Part shown: piece by piece, positions 47,401-57,200 of the stretch
Layout: each line of letters begins with the position of its first letter
Numbering within the stretch: the stretch's first letter is position 1
DNA from: an uncultured Gammaproteobacteria bacterium
Lineage (GTDB): Bacteria; Patescibacteriota; Microgenomatia; Levybacterales; UBA12049
Direction: 5' to 3'
DNA length: 64,000 bases
Assembly (NCBI GenBank): GCA_964416505.1
Contig: CAYQEJ010000001.1
Location: forward strand, 146,363-210,362
Program-made: the position numbers and the translations under genes
The notes under the pieces: model-generated
The model's database searches: none
The model's input: the letters and a program-made list of their open reading frames with translations, nothing else
Told to the model about the DNA's origin: nothing

Positions 47401-47664
47401 GAAAACAACAATAGGAAGAGTGAGTGGAGTTTTAAGAGTTATTTTCTTACGAACTAAAAGAGTTAGCCAAGATAAAATAACAAAAAGAATTACAAAATCT
47501 TCCACTCTTATATAAACCCAGGTATTTTGTATATCTAAAAGCGGGAGCTTTGGATAGAGAGGTATAAAAATAAGAAGAAATAAACTTTCAAGAAAAAGAA
47601 TATTTTCCTTCACCCAATTAAAAATTTTCTTTGGGTTACCTAACGCGTCTAAGAGCTTCTCCAT
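44428..47664 (-). CDS. Fusion of an O-antigen-ligase/Wzy_C-like domain and a GT-C-like membrane domain
   Basis: N-half: R..STF, T.SR, S...R...W..A...F.....G.G and DN.YL..L.E.G..G. C-half: YF.ADDF.W...FYRP, E.V.WIS, E and RY.Y motifs. Confidence 0.75.
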   Translation of the reverse strand: MEKLLDALGNPKKIFNWVKENILFLESLFLLIFIPLYPKLPLLDIQNTWVYIRVEDFVILFVILSWLTLLVRKKITLKTPLTLPIVVFWIIGGIATIHGILLIFPTISNAYPNVAFLSLIRHIEYLSLFFIGYEGIRDKRLVPVAVSALMLAIMGVIFYGFGQKYLGFPAFLTMNEEFAKGVPIKLSALSRVPSTFAGHYDLAAYLVLVIPIVASLFFGVKNYLIKIILAVISLGGIVLLLMTVSRVSFFVLFISLGFILLFQKKKLILALIPIALIGGILFISFQSSLFDRFKSTVSEVDVLVDAATGESVGHVKFVPKEYFKDKIVLQRNVRDQEELAEAIRDSQKNGVNSKEDVILPYKLIPQEAPILTAVNISTGENLPQGTGYTNLYLSPVVKRANSFFIEIPDSSSSSLSAQALVLRGNFIVKRASAYDLSFTTRFQGEWPRAIEAFKKNILIGSGYGSVSLAVDNNYLRILGEIGLLGFISFFLLFLSLGIYVRKIYPDIDSPFVKSFVLGFCAGVIGLALNAVLIDVFEASKIAFVLWILVGIVFGTLRLYQVHSFSLSQEIKKALTSDYAVIGYLFIFATVLFSPTLNNYFVADDFTWLRWAAQCQDKCSPVSIVLSYFTNSDGFFYRPGMKIYFFLMYKTFWLNQVAYHFSSLLLHFISASLFFLVVRKIFRNSLFASMSAFLFMALSGPLENVFWISSIGHLFTAVFTLLSLFLFIFWEEKRKFYFLLASIISICFAMAFHELGIVAPIIILLYKVFKEGLVPSIKKLPRSFDVYLVLFPILGYLAIRFLANSHWSGGDYSYNLLNLPFNIVGNLFGYLSLGIIGPMSLSIYDPLRNFARTNILLSLIAIPVILVILYFGYKFFVKIFDLSERKIIYFSLGFFVISLLPFLGLGNIASRYSYLSTMAVALVLVVIFKKIYGYLESSGKEISIGLSSVVVIVFVLFHIIQNQSTFFNWHEAGNKTKRFFISMESLYTIYWSDKDTQFHFVNVPTRDGQAWVFPVGLEDAVWFAFKNDDAKIFTYSDEKVAIEAAGLSLSHPVFRFTENGNVTPVERKKVPTPNDLIMP

Positions 47665-48514
47665 ACGTATTTATATAATAACTATTATTAGTCATTCTTC
47701 CCAATAAGTAAACCATTAATGCCTTAGTAAATAAAGTTATTTTTACTATTTCAAAACTAATTTTATTTTTATGTTTTTTATAAAAATATATTATTCCTTC
47801 ATAAATATTTAATACTGCAAAACTTCTATTACTACTCCCTTGTTCTTCATGAGTAATAGAAACATCTGGATAAAAATAAGTTTTAAAACCTTTTCTTTTT
47901 GCCCTATAACAAAATTCCATATCTTCCATATACATAAAAATATTCTTATCAAATCCCCCTATTTCATTGAACAATTTTTTGTTTACCATTAGACTCGCTC
48001 CCGCTACCCAGTCAACTTCACAAATTTTTTCGGGGCTAGACTTTAATAAGCCGAATCTTTCGCCACCAAAAATCATAATAAAAAAATTTAAAAGGTTATA
48101 AAATTTGCCTACAGATTTCTGAGAAGTTCCATCAGAGTTCAATAACTTCCCGCCCACAATCGCAATCTTCTCATTTTCCTGAAGGAATTTAACCATACCT
48201 ATTAATCCTTTATCTCCTACTTTTGTGTCAGAATTTAGAAACAAAACAAAATCTCCGCTTGAATTATCTACTCCTAAATTACATCCTTTTCCAAAACCTA
48301 AATTTTCATTATTTTTAATAATTTTTATATTCTTTTTATTTAAAAAATTTTTTTCAATTACTTCAACTACATCTTTTTTCGAAGCATTGTCTACGATAAT
48401 TATTTCAAGAAATTCATCTTTTAATTCTTCCACAAATTGCTTCTCCAAAGAATTAACACATTTAATTAGAAGCTCCGGAGTGTTATAACTTAAAATTACA
48501 ATTGAGAGTGTCAT
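47636..48514 (-). CDS. GT2 glycosyltransferase (WbbL-like)
   Basis: IVDNAS, N.GF..G.N.G, FLNSD, DWV.GA and GGFD...FMY.ED motifs. Confidence 0.9.
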   Translation of the reverse strand: MTLSIVILSYNTPELLIKCVNSLEKQFVEELKDEFLEIIIVDNASKKDVVEVIEKNFLNKKNIKIIKNNENLGFGKGCNLGVDNSSGDFVLFLNSDTKVGDKGLIGMVKFLQENEKIAIVGGKLLNSDGTSQKSVGKFYNLLNFFIMIFGGERFGLLKSSPEKICEVDWVAGASLMVNKKLFNEIGGFDKNIFMYMEDMEFCYRAKRKGFKTYFYPDVSITHEEQGSSNRSFAVLNIYEGIIYFYKKHKNKISFEIVKITLFTKALMVYLLGRMTNNSYYINTYGEALRRVR

Positions 48515-49071
48515 TATCTAAACCAAGCAGCTCTTCCCAATTTATAATGAGGTTCACGATTTTCTCTTTGCCCAATTTCTCGAGCTGGGACTCCGCCTAC
48601 AATTTTAAATTCTTCAACATCTTTTGTTACCACAGCTCCTGCTGCTACTACAGCACCTTTTCCAATTTTAATTCCTGGTAAAATTATGGCCCGGGGCCCG
48701 ATAAATACATAATCAGAAATTTCAACAGCAGAGGTAACTGCTTCAAAAGCTTCACTTTTTATATCATGCTCCGAATTGTAAATCATCACTCCTGTTGCCA
48801 AATCTACATGATCACCAATGACAAGCTTATCCCTTCCATCCAAAACAGCCCATTCGCCAATTATGGTATCTTTACCAATTTTTATATTTTTAGAATTATA
48901 TACAGATAAACCCATATGGATAGCTGACCCTTTTCCGATTTTCATTCCAAAAATCCTATAAAAAAATCTCCTCAGATGATGGCTTGGAAAAAATCCTACT
49001 ATCCAAATCAGATATCCATTAACTGCCTCAAGAATAATTGCCCTAATTCTTCGAATAATTTTATCAACCAT
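48514..49071 (-). CDS. Hexapeptide-repeat (LbH) sugar O-acetyltransferase
   Basis: IG-x4 hexapeptide repeats and GAVVAAGAVVTKDV.....VGGVPA. Confidence 0.92.
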   Translation of the reverse strand: MVDKIIRRIRAIILEAVNGYLIWIVGFFPSHHLRRFFYRIFGMKIGKGSAIHMGLSVYNSKNIKIGKDTIIGEWAVLDGRDKLVIGDHVDLATGVMIYNSEHDIKSEAFEAVTSAVEISDYVFIGPRAIILPGIKIGKGAVVAAGAVVTKDVEEFKIVGGVPAREIGQRENREPHYKLGRAAWFR

Positions 49072-50200
49072 TTGCGACTTCCTCCAAAACTTTTAATGTT
49101 TCTCTTGCAGATTTTTCCCAAGAAAAACTTTCTACTTGTTTTTTACCTTTAGCAACTAACTCTCTCCTTAAGCCTTCATCTTCTAGAAGCTTCTTTATTT
49201 TCAAAGCAATATCGTTAGCATCATTTGGATTTACATATAAAGCTGCATCTCCACCCACCTCAGGAAGTGAAGAAATATTACTTGTTATTACCGCAGTTCC
49301 ATAACTCATAGCTTCTAGAACAGGTAGTCCAAATCCTTCATAGAGACTTGGTAAAATAAAGAACTCTGCATTTTTATAAAGAGATGGAAGATCATCATCT
49401 CCCACATTATTTAAAAATATTACTTTTTCTTTTATTCCATATTTTTCGGGTGCTTCGATTATTTCATCAAACTGCCAACCTTTTTTTCCCACAATGACAA
49501 GCTTAACGTCATCATCAATTTTTGAAAATGCTTCAATAAGACGAGTTATATTTTTTCGAGGCTGCAGGGTTCCAACAAAGAGTATATATTTTTTATTTAT
49601 ACTAAATTTATCTTTCAACTCATTCATATCTAAAAACCCAGATTTAGTTAATTTTGTATTCATTCCAGGATAAACCACTTCTATTTTTTCTGCCCTTTGA
49701 TGATACTCATTAATTATATCATTCTTACTGGATTCACTAATCGTAAGGATTTTCTTCGCATGTCTTGCTGAGTATGCAGTCCATCTCTTTAATTGAAATA
49801 AATCTTTTCTCTTGAATAACTTTGGGAAGTAAATATATGAGATATCTAAAATCGAAACTACGCTTTTTCTTGGAGCAAAGATAGGAAGATAATGGGTCGG
49901 GGAAAAAAAGACATCTATATTCTTTTTAACGGAAAACAAATGAGGCGAAAGAGCAGTTAAAGTCCAAAGCTTTCTTTGAGGAATTACTGTATATTTCCAT
50001 TTTTCATTTGCCTCGGGAAGATCATTCGTAGGACTAATGGGTAAAAATATTTCATATTCGTTTTTTTTATCGAGCTTATATAGATTAATTAAAAGTTCAT
50101 AGCAATACTGACTGCTTCCCACTCTATTCGGAAGCCCAGTCTCAGGGCTATAACCGAATCTCGCAATAACAGCTTCAAAACCATTTATTCCTATTCTCAT
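49064..50200 (-). CDS. GT4 glycosyltransferase (MtfB-like; start revised to ATG 50200)
   Basis: MRIGING start 1 nt after the upstream stop; VGTLQPRKN and PSLYEGFGLPVLEAM motifs. Confidence 0.93.
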   Translation of the reverse strand: MRIGINGFEAVIARFGYSPETGLPNRVGSSQYCYELLINLYKLDKKNEYEIFLPISPTNDLPEANEKWKYTVIPQRKLWTLTALSPHLFSVKKNIDVFFSPTHYLPIFAPRKSVVSILDISYIYFPKLFKRKDLFQLKRWTAYSARHAKKILTISESSKNDIINEYHQRAEKIEVVYPGMNTKLTKSGFLDMNELKDKFSINKKYILFVGTLQPRKNITRLIEAFSKIDDDVKLVIVGKKGWQFDEIIEAPEKYGIKEKVIFLNNVGDDDLPSLYKNAEFFILPSLYEGFGLPVLEAMSYGTAVITSNISSLPEVGGDAALYVNPNDANDIALKIKKLLEDEGLRRELVAKGKKQVESFSWEKSARETLKVLEEVANG

Positions 50201-50201
50201 A

Positions 50202-50732
50202 CTAAATTGACGGATAAATAACTTTAATTTTCGATGAATCAATTCTTAATATTTCTTCTATATCTCTTTTACTTGACTGGGAAATTGTAAATATAAGATC
50301 TGACTCTTTCTTTACCCAATCTAATTTTCTTTTTTGAGTTTTAATAATTTTCTTATGAGTTTCATTAGGATATTTAAAAATAATCATGTCATAAATAATT
50401 GTAGCTTTTTTAGCTTTTCGAGCAGGAGGTTCAGTCCAATCAGATGTAATAAATATATCAACATCTCCTACGAAGTTTTCTATAGGATGTTTATGGATCG
50501 TATTCCACATAAAATTAAGTGCTGTTGGAGGAAATTTAAATTTTTTTATTTTTACATTCGGTTTTTCAAATTCATTTAAAAATAGCGGAGTTTTACCACG
50601 AAGGCTCGAAAAAAATAAAACATATTCATTTTTATTGTCAATTTCTAAAAGATTAGTTAGCCAGTTTCTTAAATAATTTGCTACTCCAGTACCTGGGTAT
50701 GCAAGCTGACTTATATCCACACCAATTCTCAT
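50202..50732 (-). CDS. Stand-alone N-terminal domain of a GT4 glycosyltransferase
   Basis: MRIGVD, TGVA.Y, IYD, IS.SSK.D and VIYP motifs, then a stop. The nucleotide-sugar-binding domain (ExFG) is absent. Confidence 0.8.
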   Translation of the reverse strand: MRIGVDISQLAYPGTGVANYLRNWLTNLLEIDNKNEYVLFFSSLRGKTPLFLNEFEKPNVKIKKFKFPPTALNFMWNTIHKHPIENFVGDVDIFITSDWTEPPARKAKKATIIYDMIIFKYPNETHKKIIKTQKRKLDWVKKESDLIFTISQSSKRDIEEILRIDSSKIKVIYPSI

Positions 50733-50962
50733 TTAGATTTATTATGACGAAGATTTACTAAATTTAAAATAGTAGCAATTAAGAAAAACAAAAATGCATA
50801 CCAAATAAGCCTTTCTGCTGTAAAAAATATCCATTTAGCAAATAAAGGGATCGAAAAGATGATAGAAAAAAGACCTGCATAAACGAATAGCCTAGGATCT
50901 CTTTTGAAAAAGAGTGGAACAAGAATAAATAAAAATAATAAATCCTGAGGTTTAAATTCCAT
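50729..50962 (-). CDS. Small 3-TM membrane protein (TAE+xxxY motif)
   Basis: 77 aa, hydrophobic, overlapping both neighbours. Confidence 0.7.
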   Translation of the reverse strand: MEFKPQDLLFLFILVPLFFKRDPRLFVYAGLFSIIFSIPLFAKWIFFTAERLIWYAFLFFLIATILNLVNLRHNKSK

Positions 50963-51891
50963 TATTTACTGGAATATTTTATTAACACATTTGATTCATT
51001 GTGATTTTTACTTGAAATATTTAAAATGAGATCAGCAATTAGTCCTGTAAATGCTGCCTGAAGACCTGAAATGATTAAAAGCATTCCAAGAAAAAGAAGA
51101 GGGCGCCTTCCGATTGATTCTCCTTGAAAATGAAGAAGTGAAAGATAGATAGAGATTACTAGACCTAACAACACCAATAAACCACCGAAGAATCCAAAAA
51201 AATGAAGTGGTCTTTTGCTATATTTACTTAAGAAAATCATGGTTAACATATCAGGCATTTGCGTAAGAACTTTTATTGCTCCGTATTTTGATTTTCCCCA
51301 TCTCCTCTCATCATGAACTACTGCAACTTCCGTAACTTTAAATCCTTCCTGCGCTACTAAGAGCGGAATAAATCTATGCATTCCTCCGTATAAATTTACT
51401 GATTTTGCTGCTTCGCTGATATACAACTTTAAGCCACAGTTATAATCATGAAGCCTAACTCCCCAAAAAGTAGATGCAGATAAGTTAAACATTCTTGAAA
51501 AAATTATTTTCATAAATGAATCTTTTCTGTTTTTTCTCCAACCAGAAACCATATCATAACCTTCCTTGTGTTTTTCAATCAGCTTAATCACCTCAGATGG
51601 CTTATCTTGTAAATCAGCATCCATTGTAACAATCAAATCTCCTTTTGCTTTTTGAAATCCGAAAGTAAGAGCCTCAGCCTTCCCATGGTTTCTTCTAAAA
51701 GAATAAATTTTAATGCTAGAATCTTTTTTTTCAAGATCTCTAACAATAGAAAGAGTATTATCGCTAGATCCATCGTCTATAAAAAGGATTTCATATTCTT
51801 TTGAAAGATTTTTAGCGTGCTTTGTGAGCTCTTCGTAAAAATGAAGTATACTTTCTTCTTCGTTAAAAACTGGAATTACGTAGGTAATCAT
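50962..51891 (-). CDS. Polyprenol-phosphate glycosyltransferase (ArnC/GtrB/DPM1-like GT2)
   Basis: PVFNEE, DDGSSD, RN.GK..A...G, MDADLQD.P, D..CG.K and R..G.SKY motifs; two C-terminal TM helices. Confidence 0.92.
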   Translation of the reverse strand: MITYVIPVFNEEESILHFYEELTKHAKNLSKEYEILFIDDGSSDNTLSIVRDLEKKDSSIKIYSFRRNHGKAEALTFGFQKAKGDLIVTMDADLQDKPSEVIKLIEKHKEGYDMVSGWRKNRKDSFMKIIFSRMFNLSASTFWGVRLHDYNCGLKLYISEAAKSVNLYGGMHRFIPLLVAQEGFKVTEVAVVHDERRWGKSKYGAIKVLTQMPDMLTMIFLSKYSKRPLHFFGFFGGLLVLLGLVISIYLSLLHFQGESIGRRPLLFLGMLLIISGLQAAFTGLIADLILNISSKNHNESNVLIKYSSK

Positions 51892-51911
51892 AGGGATTTA
51901 TGCGTATTTTA

Positions 51912-53912
51912 TCATTTCCTGATTCTTTTTGCTAAATTGAGAATTAAAACCCCAGCAAGAATCACAAAAGTAAAACTGGTAATTAATAATCCCATATCTA
52001 CCCATTTTTGTGGTTTGTAATAAATTTTAAACTTATAGCTACCATCATCTTGAAGACGAAAACTATTTAACCCTTTATAATTTTGAGCTTGCAAGGCCTG
52101 GCCTTTAGACTGAGAGTTTTGCGAGGCTAAATTTATACCAGCCCATCCACTATCATATCCTTGAGAAAAAACAATCAGATCCCCTTTCCTTGCGTTTTTT
52201 ATATTTAAATCGTATTCTGTAGGATTTATAAATTTCCAATCTATTGTAAAAAATCTTTCTTGATCTTTTATCTCAGGCCATGAAAATAGATCTGCATAAG
52301 AATTCGTTTGATAAACAACATTTCCATCAGCATATATTTTCTGTAAAAATCCTATTTGATCGAGCCTACTAATTACTTTTTGTCTTTTAGAATCATCATA
52401 ATTTCTTTCGGTTAGGAATATTTCGGCATCAGTATCCATTGGAACTATTACATAATCTATTGCATATCTGGAAAGCCCTTCTTTTGAAATCTTTTCAATG
52501 TTTTTACCTTTGAATAATACCTCTGAATCTATCGCCGGGATATGCGGATCAAAGTATCCATACTTTTCTCTTCTTGGAACCCACATAGTTCTTGAAAAGT
52601 CAAAACCAGTCTGACTTGGATTTTTTAATAATGTATTTAGTCTTATGTACTCTGCTGGAATTTCCTCTGGCTTAAATATACCCATTAATTCTCCAGTCCA
52701 ACCAGGCTTTAATAAAAATAAATAAAAACAAACAAAAATAGTAATTATTAAGTATCTATATTTTCCAAATTTATCTGAAACCAAATTTAAAAAATAAGGA
52801 ATTAAAATACTAAATGAAATTGCGATTAATAAATAGAATTTTGTCGAGTCTCTAAACAAGGAAAAACCTGGAAGATGCTGAAACAAAAAAACATATATTT
52901 CTCCAAAGGGATTATTTGTCCCTTTTGAAAGAAATATTCCAATCAAAGAGATTGTTGCTAAAAATAAAATTTCCTTTTTTGCTTTATAAATTAATGATCC
53001 AAAAACTAAAATCGGAAGAATCAAAAACTCAGGACGCTGAAAATAAATCTTCCCAAAAATGTTTTCAGGCCAATTTGGATGAAGAAATGAAAAAGCATTT
53101 TCTAGATTCGCAAAACTTAAAAACCTAACTCCTTCGATTGAAGTATATGAATTTACCGTTGAGGAAATATTTTTTGAAAAAACTGAAAAAACGATTGGAA
53201 AAATCCAATATGAATTTAAGAATCCTGCAATAAAAAAATTAAAACCTAGATAAATTATTTTTTTGATATTTAAATCTCTGAAATTAAATAAAATCCATAT
53301 TGAAAAGATTAAAATTACCAATAGCGCAACTCTCGGATCCATTGCTATCAATAATCCACAAATCAATCCTGAAAAACTAAGTGAATTTAATTTTGGATTT
53401 ACAAATACTTTCATTAACGAATATAAAGCAAGCGGTGCTAATGCATATGCAAAGGCTATTCCAAATTGTCCTCCAGCGACAATAAGAAGAATATAGGTAT
53501 TAAATGTGTAAATTATCGATGAAATTACCCTGAACCAATCATTTTTTATAAATAATCCCGAAAATTTATAAGATGAGGTTGTCGATATTAAAATAAATGG
53601 AATTAACCAGAATATTCTCTGCGATAACCACCAGGGTAGCTCAAATTTATTCGAGATGAAGTATGCAAAATTTGCATAAAGATCAATCCACATTGTTTTT
53701 AATGCATTTCCCCCAACTCCTCCATTTCCCATGTAGTCCCAGGCAAGAGAAGAAAAAGGAGAAAAATTTCTGGATTCCGGAAACAATAAAGGCCAATCAT
53801 GAGCTACAAATGGAAGCTTTGAAATAAACGGAATAGAAAATAAACCAATAAAAACTATGAGAGGAATAAATTTAATTACCTTTATCATTTTTAAATATGT
53901 TTCTGTAAACAC
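51912..53912 (-). CDS. Large GT-C-like membrane protein (YfhO/AftD-like); start may be ATG 53888
   Basis: Multi-pass N-terminal region with Y.FN, N.YW..P and FRDSTKF motifs. C-terminal ..P..Y / SQ.YD.GW / N.F / Y.PQ module followed by a terminal TM helix. Confidence 0.7.
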   Translation of the reverse strand: MFTETYLKMIKVIKFIPLIVFIGLFSIPFISKLPFVAHDWPLLFPESRNFSPFSSLAWDYMGNGGVGGNALKTMWIDLYANFAYFISNKFELPWWLSQRIFWLIPFILISTTSSYKFSGLFIKNDWFRVISSIIYTFNTYILLIVAGGQFGIAFAYALAPLALYSLMKVFVNPKLNSLSFSGLICGLLIAMDPRVALLVILIFSIWILFNFRDLNIKKIIYLGFNFFIAGFLNSYWIFPIVFSVFSKNISSTVNSYTSIEGVRFLSFANLENAFSFLHPNWPENIFGKIYFQRPEFLILPILVFGSLIYKAKKEILFLATISLIGIFLSKGTNNPFGEIYVFLFQHLPGFSLFRDSTKFYLLIAISFSILIPYFLNLVSDKFGKYRYLIITIFVCFYLFLLKPGWTGELMGIFKPEEIPAEYIRLNTLLKNPSQTGFDFSRTMWVPRREKYGYFDPHIPAIDSEVLFKGKNIEKISKEGLSRYAIDYVIVPMDTDAEIFLTERNYDDSKRQKVISRLDQIGFLQKIYADGNVVYQTNSYADLFSWPEIKDQERFFTIDWKFINPTEYDLNIKNARKGDLIVFSQGYDSGWAGINLASQNSQSKGQALQAQNYKGLNSFRLQDDGSYKFKIYYKPQKWVDMGLLITSFTFVILAGVLILNLAKRIRK
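52091..52129. repeat. Second copy of the REP-like palindrome, split by a short spacer, inside a CDS
   Basis: GCAAGGCCTGGCCTT (52091-52105) is identical to 32422-32436, and TTGCGAGGCTA (52119-52129) is identical to 32435-32445. Confidence 0.7.
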
Positions 53913-54207
53913 TTCTTATAAATCCTAGTACCATTATAGTGTAACCGTAAAAAGCGATTTTTTCAGCTGTATATTCCTGCCCAATTATAATAGTGGGTAT
54001 AGAAGAGATAATTACAAGAAATGAAATTAAAAAGATGTATCTTGTTGATAAATTAAGAATTGAAATTATTAAAGAAAGCGCTATTAGAATAAGAAGCTGA
54101 GTACTTAAAATAATATTAAAATACGGAAGATTTGATAGAAAAAATAGCACAAATAATAATGCTATAGAAAATACATTTAACTTTATTTTAAGAAAATTTA
54201 ATTTCAT
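53872..54207 (-). CDS. Small membrane protein (TAE+xxxY motif)
   Basis: 111 aa with about 4 TM helices; overlaps both neighbours. Confidence 0.7.
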   Translation of the reverse strand: MKLNFLKIKLNVFSIALLFVLFFLSNLPYFNIILSTQLLILIALSLIISILNLSTRYIFLISFLVIISSIPTIIIGQEYTAEKIAFYGYTIMVLGFIRSVYRNIFKNDKGN

Positions 54208-57200
54208 TTTTTTCTTTTATAAATTAAACAAATTATTGAAATTAAAGTAGCTATTGTTACAATTCCTCCCAGATAAAAGGCTTTTTGAGGTTCATAATAA
54301 ACTGTAAATTCATAATCTCCTGGTTTATCAATATACCAACTATTGGAGTAGCCATTACTTTTTATGTGACCTTCCTCAAATATTGCTTTACTGAAGAATA
54401 ATGAAAAAATATTTTTATTTCCTTCATAGATTTTCCAACCCGGACTATACGCATTATTAATAGTTAAAATAAATGGAGCTGAAGCTTTTTGAATTTTGAC
54501 AATTGTTTTTGATGGATCAATTTTTTCGTATTCAACTTTAGGCGTAGAATTTCTGTCGCTAGATATGGTTTGAGATAAGTATATATTTGCGTCATAATCT
54601 TCACTAAGTAGAACATTTTTAATCCTTATTTGCTCATTAGTTGAGTCGCTATTTGTTAGATTGATTTTTGAATAATTAATAAGTAGATCTTTACTAAGCT
54701 TTAAACTGTATACACGTGATTCGGGATGATGCTTAAGATCTATTGTGATTTTGTTAGATTTTTCATTATTTCTTAGATATAAATCAAGAAATGTATCCTT
54801 AGGTGTAAAATATTCAAAAGTTAAATAATGATCCTTTTCATTTGCGCCTTGAGGATGTTCAACTTCAATGCTTCCATTTAGCTTTAGCTCTTTATCTTTT
54901 TCATCCTGTTTATATTCTTGGGTGATAATCTCAATGATATGCGAACCTGTTTTTAAATGATAATTATTATTTATGGCCATGTATTTTCCATCAAGCATAA
55001 AATTTTCTTTTCTATTTTTAGAATATGAACCGATAAAATAATCTCCTTCTTTATCGATATTTATTATCAACTTTTTATTCATTCCTGTTGAATACCAAAA
55101 ATCGGATTGAAGTTCTTTTTCTTTTTTATTCACAAAATAATTCAACTCCTTATTTACTGAGGAATCTAAGTCAAAATTAATTTCTTTTAAATAACTTAAT
55201 TGAGCTTCTAAATAGGTGTAGATTTTTATGTTATATTTGTTTTTCTCAATTTCACTTAGATTTTTAGCTTTCAAAACAGCGTTCTCAATTTCTGATTTGT
55301 ACTCATCACTTACAGACTTCAAATATTTTTCTTTTTGCAAAGCGGATAAATCTTCACTTCTTAGAATTCCTTTATATTCTGATATCCTCTTATTCGCCAT
55401 AGATAAATTGAAGTCAATTTCTCCAGGACCATTTGAAAATTTAGCTCTTAATTTATTTTCTCTATATTTTTTAATTTTATAGAAAATAGAACCTGGAAGA
55501 ATATTTGAATCATTAATTTCTATCTGATTTTTTAAGTTATTAAATTCTCTGTCCTGACATAAATAACATTCTGGCTCAAAATAACTTTTTTTAGAAATTT
55601 TTCCAATAATATCTCTACTTAAATCATTCTCAGCTTCATTAAATACAGCTATTGAACTCTTGTCTTCATTTCCTAAGAGATATTCCAGATGTTTTTTGTT
55701 AATGTTGGCGTCTATAACCTTTTCCTGAGCTGATGCATAAGGGGTATAATTCGAAGAACTTACATCATAAATTTCCCATTCTCCATACTTTTTATCAAGC
55801 GAGACATTCGAAGAACCAATTATTCCATCTATTTCTTTTGATAGATTATGGATATCTGTTTTTTTATCGTTATACAAAACATCATTTCTTAGAATTAATT
55901 TATTAATACCAAACATTCCCAACAACTTGTTCGAATAATCTTTATTATCAGATTCATAAATTTCATTTATAATTTCAGGTGACACTGTATCATTTGAAAT
56001 AACCGGATGATTTAAGGATAATTTCGAAATAGGCTCAAGACTCCAAAAACCCCATTTATAACTATCTACCCTATAATAAGGATCAAGCCTGGGGAGCAGA
56101 AGAATATTTAAATCTTTTTTATCCGAATTTAAATAATTATTTGCCTCATAAATATAATTTGGAATTATAACTTTTGTGGTAAATGGATTGCTAAATTTAA
56201 AGAAATTACTCGCAAAAAATGGAAAGTGATAAAAAAGAATAAAGATAACACTCGATAAAACAACAATTTTATAAACTTTTTTACTCTTTACATATTTATT
56301 AATAATAAGATTTAAATAAATTGCAGATAAAAAGATTAAAGACATCCAAAGGGCGGGACCGAATTTATAAATAGCTGAACGAAATATTGCAAAACCAGGT
56401 AAATGTTTAACTAAAAATACATATAAAAAACCAAACGGAGGATGTGAGCCTGATGCGAAAACTACTCCGATTATCATAATTATCAAAAGTAAATAAATTA
56501 TTTTTGCTTTATCTTTTAAGGATGACATTTTTATTAGTGAAAGACCTGCAACTATAAGAAGTATGGGAATAAAACTTAGAACAATTAACGCAGGATTATT
56601 TATAAACTCTCCTGCATAAATATGATTAGGATTGTCGTACCAATCTGGAATCCCCTGAAGCCTTAAAAGATTCAAAATGCTAGCATATTTATTTATAGCT
56701 GCTTCCCATGCAAGTATTCCTGAAATTCCTCCTACCGAAGACAGCATTCCTGAATATGAATTAAGAGCTGTATAAATTTGAGGAAAAATAAAATAGGAGT
56801 TAATAAGAAAAAATCCTAAGAAAATGGAGAGAAAAACTTTCATAGAAAATATTATTTCTTTAAAACCATTTCTTTTTATATTTGTTAGAGTTAAAAATAA
56901 AAATGTAACTGCATATGTCAAAACCAATGATCCGTAAAGAGGCGGTGACCCTCCGCCATTAAGAAAGAAGCTAAGCAAACTAAAAAGGATCGTAGATCTC
57001 AATAAAGAATATTCCCTACTTAATGCCTTATAAATTATCAAAAAACCCAAAGGAAGAGCTGCAAAAAGAGAAAATTTGGCTCGCTCAGCAATAAACCAAC
57101 CCTGAAGAATGAAAAAATTATACATATAGAATATGCTTCCAATCAGACGAGCAGGTGCATATTCCTTTTCGGGAAAGAAATTTCTTATCGTTACGTACAT

